Shown one piece after another: positions 29,754 through 39,161 of a DNA stretch of 64,000 nucleotides (position 1 is its first letter; each line of letters begins with the position of its first letter). The stretch spans positions 77,974 to 141,973 of the forward strand of contig ADNK01002544.1 in assembly GCA_000320545.1 (NCBI GenBank), in the 5' to 3' direction. Made by a program: the position numbers and the translations under genes. Source of the DNA: Bigelowiella natans CCMP2755. Lineage: Eukaryota > Protista > Cercozoa. The notes under the pieces are model-generated. The model was not told where the DNA came from, made no database searches, and was given only the letters and a program-made list of their open reading frames with translations.

Positions 29754-30436
29754 TGATATTAGTATCTTAATATATTGATTGTTGATAAATTATTTGTCAC
29801 ACGAAAAACACACTCTCACACACATTTGACCAATGCACAGCTCGTTCATCCTCCTCTTCGGAGTCATACGTGGCTTTACCAGTCGAGTGGGAAGTGACGA
29901 GGAAGCTGATGGCACATGGAATAATAGGTAGTAGCAACAAACACATTTGCACTACTAAGTCTTCACATCAACAACTGATAGCTGCGTCGTAGTCTAATCT
30001 ATGTCTAAATAGGCAATTAATTCGCCTGTGAAAACGCAATTGCATGTGCACTCGGTGGTGTTGGGTTTTCCATGTGTTGTTGTCATCCTCTTCTTTCCCA
30101 TCATCATCATCGTCATCATCATTGCATGTTTGTGCTATTTGCAGCTGTGACTGCATCCGTGATGGTTTACGCTGCAACGTAAGTGCAAACAAACAATGAA
30201 CACATTTTCCTTCAAAACCTTCATCAACCACAATGTTGGAATGGCATCGCTAATGCAATTGCGCACATGTTTCGATACCGATTGTGCAGTGAAGAGAGAA
30301 CGAACAAAATCCATCAAAGTTCAATTTGCACGATGTTGTTCACGTTTCTGAAAAATGGAATTTTGTGTCTTGAGAAGGAGAATTTGCTTGATTTTTCAGA
30401 GTGGAAGGGATTTACGGGGTGAAGAAGGAGTTTTGA
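22849..30436 (+). CDS. Amino-acid transporter (Aa_trans/APC superfamily), more than 15 exons; terminal exons tentative
   Basis: Exons include KTIGDWGSFVLLVNNMMSHGLVVMPLAYQ, IPGNERFQGR, VLSLGFVLTSCITIPFSLVDIRENMMAQ, FVLFNFAYVVYAPAWINEKR, YPLFETLSSIPIFSIIMRYNLVENK, WAIFWSVCLPW and GPTNLIIPALIYL. Start context is GCCATGG at 22849. Confidence 0.85.
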
Positions 30437-30765
30437 TTTGCACCCGTGAGCAGCGCATCGAAAAAAATCACCTTGAACACCGTTCACATTTGCCACCGCC
30501 AATTGGTGTTCATTTGCACATTCAACATGCACCATGCACAGAAAATGGCACACGAGAAACTAGGAAAGCACACGAAAGCTCGTCCGTGCTGGCTAGCTGG
30601 CGTGCAGCATGCAACTGACGTGCAGACTGCAGACTTCCACGCGCATGCAACACCAGTCGGACAAACCCATCTGTTTGGCCCGCAGTGCGAACGGCAAATG
30701 CCAGGTGGCAGCCAAGCAATGCGTCCAACGTGCGTGCAACGTTTTGGGACCAAGTTTGAACGCTT

Positions 30766-31148
30766 TTGCACTGATTTTGCTTGTCTGCTCCAGTGCTCTT
30801 CAATGACCAGATGATTGCATCAACGACAAACCACCACCTGCAATTGTGGTGTCCACGTTCAAGGAGGCTGTCGAAATGGAAAAGCACTTTGTCACTGAGT
30901 CTCCACCGTGTGAATCACTTGGCATGAACTCAAACCTGGTGAAAGAATGCATCGAATTCTCAGCTGACAGCAGGTCATTGCAGAAATTGGGATGCGATGA
31001 AGTGCACAACACCAGCAACCCACTTGACTTTGTGGAAAAAGCAAGCCTTGAAGGTGAGACCAACTTCTTCGAGCATCGACCCACTCAACATCAGTTGGCC
31101 ACAGCAGCTGATGAGGGTGCAGACCTTGAACGTGGTGAGGATTTCCAA
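30766..31148 (+). pseudogene. Ribonucleotide reductase small subunit (R2), C-terminal fragment, intronless and hypermutated
   Basis: TDFACLL...KEAVEMEKHFVTESPPCESLGMNSNLVKECIEFSAD...LGCDEVHNTSNPLDFVEKASLEGETNFFEHRPTQHQ...EDF followed by CAA. Conserved Tyr residues are replaced by Cys/His, and the expected stop after EDF reads CAA. Confidence 0.9.
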
Positions 31149-32159
31149 CACAGCCGAAAGGTCTTCCATTCGCACGTGTTCTTCTCGGCTCGGCTGGACC
31201 ACCTTCAGGAGAAGTTTGGGAAAAATCGTGTCCGTTGCTGGGGATGTGATGTCCCCGATGTGCGGTCACGACTTTTGTTTTGGGAAAAACACCAATGTCA
31301 TCACAACTGTCACTTTCCACACGTTTGCCCAAAAAAATTGGCACGTTTGAAAACACAAAATTGGCACACTTGAAAGTGCAAAATTGGCACACTTGGGAGT
31401 GCAAAAGACACGTGTGGCAAAAACGCCCAAACGAAGTGACAAATCGATCGATTTTTTGGAGGTTCTCGTTTTTTTTTGGTGAAAACGTGGCACGGAGAAA
31501 ACGGAGAAAAAGCAGAAAACGCTCATCCAGAATTCCAGAACCTTCCACTGCGCACCGACAAACGACATCCTGCCCTCCAGCTGCCACAAACATTGACACT
31601 TTCCACGCGAAGACCTGAAAGCAAACGGTGTGAAACACAACGGTGTCGTGTTCCCGTTCCAATCTCCACGTTTTTTCCTTTCAGGTGAGTGAAAAGTCCA
31701 CTGCTGAAGAAAAAAACAGCAAATCTCCCACTCCTGAACAAGCAAACGACAAGAAAGTGAGCAAAAAAGGACACGATTGGTCTCGTTGTGTTGGCAAGGG
31801 CAGGGTCCAGTTTGGACATTGGGAAGACTTGCCAAAGATTGACGGCTCGGTGAACGATTTTTTGCTGTGGACCAAACGTCACGCAAACGTGACCGGAAGG
31901 ACGTCGAGTTCATCCACGATGCTTGATTGCCTTGCGAAGAACTTCACAAGAAGACCAACACCAGCACTGGAGGTGTCAAGAAGAAGAAGTTCTGCAAAGT
32001 GCTCGCCTGCTTTTCGATGGATGGTTTTCGTGGCATCACAAAAAGTGTCGAACACAAACACCACGTGTGCGACTGTTTCCTCCAAGTCATCACGCTCGGA
32101 CGTGAGTGCAGGGTGAAGTTTCTCCTTGGGCGTGCGGACTGTTTGGAACGTCTGAACGA

Positions 32160-32281
32160 TGACAACAGCTCCGATTCCGATGTCGACGGCTCCCATTGCT
32201 TCGGGGGTTCTTTTGCACTCTTCCAGAGTGACAACAGCTCTGATTCCGATGTCGACGGCTTTTGTGGCTTCGGGGGTTCCT
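32160..32281 (+). repeat. Imperfect tandem duplication, ~69-bp period
   Basis: GACAACAGCTCyGATTCCGATGTCGACGGCT...GCTTCGGGGGTTC occurs at 32161 and 32230. Confidence 0.8.
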
Positions 32282-32579
32282 TGGCTTCGGGGATTTTTTT
32301 GAGGACGAGGATGAGGTTGAGACACTCGACCCAAGTGTGAACGGAACACCACTCAAGGCGAAAAGGAAGAGAGTGGAAGACAAGGACGAGGACAAACACG
32401 AGGACGAGAACGAGTCTGAGGATGACAACCTGGTCAGCCCTCACGTTGGAGTTTGGAGGAGACGGCCCTGGTGCCATCTCCGTTGCGCGAGAGAAAAGAC
32501 ACGTGATTGATGAGGAGTGAGTTCACAGAGGTGCCCACCCTCCAACAGGCCCAGCCAGCTGGCCAGTTCCTGTCACTCC

Positions 32580-33700
32580 AGGAAGGGCACTGCCCTCCTG
32601 GTGCCCACTCGTTCTCTCGCGTGTTGCAAGACTTTGACCCCTGAGTCCAGTGAGTGGAGCAAACAGTGGAACAGGTCGTGATTTCGTGCACGAAACGTGC
32701 AGAAGTGCACGAAGACACAGGCCAAGGTGGCTCGCCCACCTGCAGCCTGTGCACCGTGAAACTTGAAGAGGTCAAGGATCCACGTGAAGTCCACAGGTGA
32801 GGGGTCCGTTCACCTGTGCGGCTCCCATCGGCCGCACAGGCACCTTGAAGTGAGGACAACACTTCCAGTGGGTGCTCGTGGACTGTGACTGAAAACGACA
32901 AGTCCTTTGCGGGTTCTTCCTTCTCCCCCCCCTTGCCTTTTGATTTTTGAACCAAAGCAAGGAAAGGGAGTCCCGTGAAAGTGACCAATCCCCCTCCCCC
33001 CACCCTCCCCACTGAGGATCACCTGCAAGCTCGTGGGGGGCGACGTTGTTCAGCTCGCTCAGTGTGTTTTGCACGAGCGCTGTCGTGAGTTCGCACTTTC
33101 GTTCACCGTTGCGCTGCAACAAAGAGGTGCCCTCTTTCGGAGGAACAAAACAACCCAGCACCAACGTTTTGTTCTCGAAGGAGCGACCTCCGAAGCTCGC
33201 ACCTCTTGCCACTTTGGGACAAAACTCCAAACTTGCAGCTGTTTTTCCCAACGATGGCAACTGTTGAAACAGCTGCACTTGCTGGCTTGCACTCACGACC
33301 CCCTCCCACAAGGGTGCTCCCTTGTCGTCCGTGTTCGAACTTTCAAACTTGACAAGAGGAAAAAAGGGAAGCGTGGCGGGCTTTGAAGGGGTTCGTGCGC
33401 AGCTGGTGTGAGCTGCAGGACTTCAATCCTGGTGAGCTGTGTCGTGCACAGAGCAGTTTTTCGTTGCGATGACAACGCACGCATGCGCGTGCGTGCGCGT
33501 TGTGTCGTGGTTTTTGCCTGCTCTGTCCACACGAGCAACACTGAAACAGTTCTTCTCAGTGACTGAGCTGGTGAGGTCACGTGTTTTTGCCTCTCACCAC
33601 GAGAGCGCACCACTGAAGGCGTTGCACATCGTGCTGCACACGCGTGCCACACTTCGCAACTTGTTGACAACAAGTTGAGAGGAAGGGCAGCGTGTCAGAA
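32580..33700 (+). repeat. Diverged copy of the unknown repeat family also at ~49.5-50.4 kb and ~51.8-52.9 kb
   Basis: Shared blocks GCCAAGGTGGCTC..CCTGCAGC..GTGAAGTCCAC (32720-32794 vs 51883-51956) and CACTTCGCAAyTTG....AGGGCAGCGTGT (33650, 50386, 52793). Confidence 0.7.
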
Positions 33701-35926
33701 CGCTGAGAGTCCATGGCCCGAAGTGTGCAGCTGCGACGTGCAGCCAGCGGGCGTTCGCCGAAGTGCGACAAGCGGCTGCGTGTGCAAGCAGCGGCAAGCA
33801 GGAGCACAGGGCAAGCACGCCAGTGCGACGTGGCAGCACAACGTCGTGCAAGGCACTGTGCTGCGACACGTGGCCACTGGTTCACTTGCTCTGGCAGCAC
33901 GCGTGCAAACCGTGCTGCACGCGCGTGCAGCTGCGTCCTCCTTGAACACAGAACTGAGACCGCCCACCAGCCGCCCTGCACCTGCTGTTTGCTCCAGTGC
34001 TTGCCAGCTGGCCGCCCACGCATCGCCACCTGCGCTGATCGTCCAACAAGAGCGCCAAGGAACCTGGTGCTGACGACCAAGGAGGTCCAGAGGCGTGAAG
34101 GTTCACAGCGGTTGACACCAGCGTGTGGTTGTGACCGATGCGCGTGCGTGCACGCTCCACCTCACAGGAGAACGCCAAGGAGCCTGTTTCCCGCGTGCAG
34201 GCAGTCGACGCGCAATTGCACCAAACGAAGGTCGTGAGTGCGTTGGCTGCTCCGCGTGAGGGCGGATTTGGGAACTTGCATGAACTTTGGCAAAGTCCTC
34301 CAATTCACTTTTTCACCTTTTTTTTCACCCAAACTTTCCCCCGCACTTTGGGTTTTCGCACACTGACCCTTCCACGTCTCAACCAGGACCAGAGGCAACG
34401 TGGAGGGCGGGGAGCACACGGAGGATGTTGAGGGCATGAAAGTGGACGTGGCCATGGACCGCTGCCAACACCGAAAACAGACTCGAAAGTCTTTGGTGGA
34501 CGAGGTCAGGAACTTCGAGAGTGTCGCACAGCGGAAGGTCGCAAAACAACTCTTTCTCCATTGAAGGAAAAGTCAGGACGAGCTTCAAGCAAAGAAGTGG
34601 GAAATCACGTGGCAATCCACGGCCTCTGGTGGCCACTTTGGAGCCTTCCGGCCCAGCCCCCAGGCCCACCAGGGCGGCCAGTGGGACTGAGCCCGATGCC
34701 AGTTGAAGGCCCAGGACCCCCCCTTCCCCCCCCGAGCTCTCACCCCTGGAGAGGCATTGTGCGACCCAAAGGACCAAGCTGGCAAGCCCCCTCGCACTTT
34801 TTCGGCCAAACCTTTGGCTTGGCGACACAAAACTTGTCGTCGCCCATCCAAGGCGGGTGAGGAGTGAACTCGGACCCCTTTTCGTGCAATTGCAGGGAAA
34901 AACGACACCTCCTTGACAAAGTTGGCCCCCCCTGCAGCCAGGGTGCTCGAGTTGTGCAACGGCTTTTCCTTTTGGTCTCCTTCGACACGCGAGGAGCACC
35001 CCCCAAAAAAAGTTGAGAGAGACGATGCTCCACTCTGTCGAGTTTTCAGCCTCCCACGGATCGTCCCTCCACGGCTCCCCTGAGCTGCACGTTGAGACCC
35101 GGAGTCGGCCCCGTGTCCTCACGTGGCACCTCCAAGTTCGTGCTTGACGACCTCCAACTCTCCCCAACCGTTGCAGCGTCGTGGTTGTCGACGTTGGAGA
35201 GTTTGGACCGCCCAGGATCGTGTCGAGCGAGCCAGGTTTCCCCTTCCGTCGACAGGATGATCGGCTCCCTGGCTGTCGCGGAAGGAAGACTCCTCTCTCA
35301 CCAGGCGGGAAAGCCACGATTTTTGTCTTTTTTGGCAGGAAAGTTGGTTTCGAAAAACTCTTGGGGGCCTTCCTGAGAACCCCCTGCACCCCCGGTGGGT
35401 GTTCTTGGTGTTCCCAAGTTGCTGGGGGTCAGTTCTGAGCGTTGGAACCGCTCAACTTTGGTGGGAGGCCTTTTCTTGCACTTCGCTGTTTGACAAAAAC
35501 CGGCACCTTGGCTGATCACTTGTTCCTTGCGTGGGTGCAACTTGGAACTTCCTGGTGTCTCCACCGTGCCAGCGTGCTCGTTGCACTTCTCCACGTCGGT
35601 CGGCTGGTCGGGTGGGCCACGGTGCTGTTTTCGTTCTCAGTTTGCGCTTCCTTTGCGCACGTTGCACTCGGTTCTGGGTGCTCTGGTGCTGGTCTGCACC
35701 GTTTTGCTCGTGAAGCGGCAGCAGTCGGAAACGTCCGAGAGGTCTTGTTGTGCCTCCCACTCACTTGGTTGTTCGTCGTGTGTTCGCCTGCACTGCGTCG
35801 CTTTTTGAGTGAGCCTGCCGTGCACAGCGCCTTGGCAGCGTTGCTCCTCGTTGCAAAAGTTGTGTTCAACGTGCTGAGTCCTGGTTTGCTGTTCCTTCCC
35901 TTGTCAGCGCGACGTTTGCAGGGACA

Positions 35927-37147
35927 GTGTCACAAGGAACGCACGTGCCAGCACCCGAGTCACTTCTCACGAGAAACTGCCTGGACTCCACCGGTTTGCC
36001 TCGCAACGAGCAAGCCGCCAACGACAAGCCTCGTTCAAACTGGGTTCGTCACCAACAACGGGCGCGCGCGTGTGAGAGGCACGCGTTCACTCACTGTCGA
36101 GGTGAACCAGTCACCACCGAGTTGCAACTCGGACTTGCACTGCGGATGCCAGCTGGTGCATCGTGTCTCGACATTGCCACAACGTTCAAGGTGCACGAAT
36201 CCGCAGTGCACAAAACTCCTTGGAGGGTGGTCGTTGCGTTGTGCAACGAGCACTCCATCGAGTTCCCTCTTGGAGAACTCGATGCCCTTCGACACACAAA
36301 AACTGAACTCCGCAGCCGTTCTGAGCTGGAGTGCTTGGAAGGCTGTGTCGGGTGCACGGACGGTTTGCTGACGAAGGTGAGGAAGCAAGGGCAGTCTGAA
36401 ACGTGTGCAAGCAAGCGCTTTCGAAGCCGCAAAGGCTTCGACGCTTTGAACTGCCAAGCCGTTTGCGACGCCCACGGAAGGTTCACTTTGTTCGAGACTT
36501 GTGGTGCTGGATCGCAATCCGATGCACAAGTGTTCAAATCCGTGGAGTTGAAGAGAGCTCTGTTGGACTCGAAGCTGCTTCCTGGTGGGTTTTGGGTCAC
36601 TGGCGACGCTGCACGCCCGGCCTCTGAGTTTTTGGTCGGTCCGCATTCCGATGCGGATGCCAAAGACCCAAAGGCTGACAACTTCAACTGGGCACAGAGC
36701 CAATTGCGAATCCGCATCGAAGTGGCGTTCGGCGGCAAGTTGGTCGGGCGCTTCGGCGTCCTTTAGAAGCCCACTCGAGTGGATCACGCGAGAGCTTCGC
36801 TCGTCGCAATGGCTTGTGCGAAATCGCACAACGCTGGAACGTCACAATCACGTGCGACTTGGAGCACCAACAGCACCACTGCGATCACAAAAAAAACACG
36901 CACGTGAGAACTCCTTGGGACTTGGTCGGCGAAATCATCGACGATGACCACGTCAGTCGCGGTCGATTTGTCCCAAGGAGGAGAGCAGGGCCACGCTTGC
37001 ACCTGTGTCAAACAAACACGGTGGCCCGATGGAGCTTTTGAAGGACGTTTGGTTCCACGCTGCAAGCCATCGTCACTGCCACCTGAGGGAAAGGTTGAAA
37101 CAGGGGGTCTGCGACTTGGGCGTGGTCCGACCCTCAAGCAGCGTTGA
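35927..37147 (+). pseudogene. PIF/Harbinger DDE transposase (DDE_Tnp_4-like), hypermutated relic; TIRs not identified
   Basis: LALRMPAGASCLDI (family GASYLD), GCVGCTDG (GCIDG), SRKGFDALNCQAVCDA, GSQSDAQVF, GDAARP (GDAAYP), FNWAQSQLRIRIEVAFG..LVGRFGVL*KP..ACAKSHN. Confidence 0.92.
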
Positions 37148-37657
37148 GCATCGATCCAAAACCAATGGCACCACCACTGCTGCTGCTGACGAGGGATGAT
37201 CGACTCAGCTGGTCAGGCACAACCGAGCTGCCAGCGTGGCGGGCTGCAGCAGCAGCCTCGAACACCGTTTCGATGACGTTGCGACGACAGCTGCTGCTGC
37301 AGCGAGCGGCGGCAGCAGCCTCAAGTGCAGTTTGAACGATGTCGTTTCGCTGTGTCAGTGACAGCTTCCAGTGAGCGGCAGCAGCAGCCTCGAACATCGT
37401 TCAACGGAAGTGATCGGAAATCCTCGGGCTGCGTCGTTTTCACCTTGCCGCTGAGGACAGCCGATCCAACTCTCAACGTCAGGTTTCTGACTCCTGGTGC
37501 ACTTGTCCCGAGACAGCTGCACCAACTTCTTGACACCCAGGCTCGAACAGCCCTGTGGTTCGGGTTGGCCTCCAACACGTCCAGACGTCAGCGAACCGCT
37601 GCAACACCGAACTCGTCAGCACCTTGCCTCTCCTGTGAAAAGTGCAACTTTGAACAC

Positions 37658-37728
37658 TGCGCCCACCGGGAATTGAACCCGGGACACTTGCTTGGAAGGC
37701 AAGTGTGTTGCCACTGCACCACGAGCGC
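37658..37728 (-). tRNA. tRNA-Gly(TCC), hypermutated and probably a pseudogene
   Basis: Minus strand reads GCGCTCGTGGTGCAGTGGCAACACACTTGCCTTCCAAGCAAGTGTCCCGGGTTCAATTCCCGGTGGGCGCA: a 71-nt cloverleaf with anticodon loop CTTCCAA and T-loop GGTTCAATTCC. The D-arm TGTAGTGGTA appears as TGCAGTGGCA. Confidence 0.9.
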
Positions 37729-37898
37729 TTGTTTTGTGTTGCACGTGTGCACGTGGACGCGTGTGCACACACAAGTTTCGAACACTGCTCACGAGAAAAA
37801 CACAAGGGAAAAGGTTGCACTGTGTCCACGAGGTCGACCTTCGGTCCACTTGACGGCACTTGGCTGCCGATGGCTTGCAAGCTTCGTTGTGCTTCAAA

Positions 37899-38090
37899 AC
37901 TGGAGGAGGCCGTGATGGGTCTCGAGGCCTTGTGGACAGGAGTCTGCGTGTGAGACTCACTCTCGTCCAGCGAGCGAAGAGTGGCACTTGTGTCCAGTGG
38001 CACGTTCGATGACGTCACCTGTTCTTGGTGCAGGTGCCTGGACTTTCTTCACGACGCGGTTGTGCCGGTTGAAGTTGCAGGTCAAGTGAA
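37899..38090 (-). pseudogene. Inverted, hypermutated Ty3/Gypsy RT fragment (N-terminal RT motifs)
   Basis: LTCNFNRHNRVVKKVQAPAPRTGDVIERATGHKCHSSL..DESESHTQTPVHKASRPITASSS aligns to the intact LAHNFIRHNRVIKRIQTPTPRIDDVIEHVIGYKYYSSLDKNESYMQTPIHKTSRPITAFSS (~41510-41693). Confidence 0.9.
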
Positions 38091-38385
38091 CAAGTCAAGT
38101 TTGGTGTTGACCTGCGTTGGGTGTGGAAAAGTGAGGAAAAGGAAGAGAGCACAAAGAACTGTGAAGGAGAGGGACAGGAAGTCCTTCGAGTGCAGCTGCC
38201 CTTCTTGCTTGAGGCTGCTTCACAGCGACAACCGAGTCGAAGTCACCCACGTGGGTTCCTTTGTCGTCGTTCTTGTCGTTGTCATCGTTGTCATTGCACG
38301 TTCCCGTCGTCGTCGACACCAATTCCCTTTGCACCAGCAGTGAGCAGCAGCAGCGTCCGTTGAGACACAGCAGCGTGCAGAGGTG

Positions 38386-38796
38386 AGGAAGTGGCACTTC
38401 GTCGTGTTCCCTTGCGGCCCAAGCACGCCAGGCGACGCACTTGCTGGTCAGAACCACGAGGCGTGCACACACAATGGCGTGGCTTCAGCGTCGTGGGTGT
38501 TTGCATTCGCACGTGCAGGTGGTGATGCGGTGTGCACCAACGTGGTCGTCGCTCAGACTTTCCTCCTGGAAAGCACACTCGTCAGGTTTGCACACTTTGG
38601 CTTCACTGTGCGGCTCCAAAAACGTGCCTTCCTGGCTGCAAGGACAAAACGGTGTGGGTGCTGCCTGCACAAGGCCGAATTGCCCCGAACCCTGAGAAGG
38701 TCGCTGCACTGCAACAGGCTCCTGTGCCCAAAAACGCAAAAAAAGTGAAGTCACTCCCACAAACAGCAGCGTGGACGCTGCGCAGGTCCGCTCCCA
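38386..38796 (+). pseudogene. Hypermutated Ty3/Gypsy RT relic, 5' of the insertion point
   Basis: RKWHFVVFPCGPSTPGDALAGQNHEACTHNG...FAFARAGGDAVCTN aligns to the intact RKWHFVVFPYGLSISGDAFSSQNYRAYTHDG...FVFVYVDDDIICTN (41700-42111). Confidence 0.95.
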
Positions 38797-39122
38797 TGTA
38801 GCGCGTACCACTACGCGGGCACAAGTCACGTGCGACAACAAAGGGGTTGTCGCGGATATAGAATATAGATAACGTAGATATTAATACAGCATAGGCACGT
38901 GGGTTCCGGCGGGACTCATGGCAGCACACCGGAAGTGTGCTGCCCCACGTGCGGCGGCATTCGCGAAAGCTTCGCGAATGATTACGCAGTGCACGATTTA
39001 ATAAAAATATAATCTTTAATAAAAATAAACACAACTCTTCAAAAGGAAGCAAACGTGCCTTTCCCCCCCCCTGCCTACTTGTGCACGTAGCGCCTCGGCC
39101 TGTGAACACCTTACGCGCAACA
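38797..39122 (+). repeat. 5' LTR
   Basis: TGTAGCGCGTA...TACGCGCAACA (10/11 terminal inverted repeat), AT-rich TATA-like tract and AATAAA signals. Confidence 0.97.
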
Positions 39123-39127
39123 ACCTT

Positions 39128-39150
39128 TGGCTTCCACACACGGGAAACGA
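39128..39150 (+). promoter_or_regulatory. Primer binding site complementary to a tRNA 3' end (G discriminator, Asp/Glu-like; identity uncertain)
   Basis: TGGCTTCCACACACGGGAAACGA, whose reverse complement TCGTTTCCCGTGTGTGGAAG-CCA resembles T-arm plus acceptor strand plus CCA. It begins 5 nt after the LTR. Confidence 0.75.
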
Positions 39151-39161
39151 TTTGACTAACA

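Larger units (their letters stand above)
30595..38796. other. TpA-erased hypermutated block, left part; continues at 44513-45081 after the LTR insertion
   Basis: Only one TA found by eye in ~8.2 kb (36764, in a TAG at a position where Trp is expected). ORFs in all six frames lack Tyr and are Cys/His/Arg-rich. Confidence 0.95.

Noticed and set aside
32772-33311. LINE endonuclease-like motif (LVLGCFVPP)
   Set aside because: Single weak motif with no supporting APE or RT motifs.
31150-38400. Many long overlapping ORFs (up to 336 aa) as real genes
   Set aside because: Explained by loss of TAA/TAG stops. Only those with recognisable family motifs (RNR, Harbinger, RT) were kept, as pseudogenes.
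38890-38995. HDV-like or hammerhead ribozyme in the LTR
   Set aside because: Hairpins are present, but I could not place the catalytic cores (CUGANGA/GAAA, or the nested double pseudoknot).
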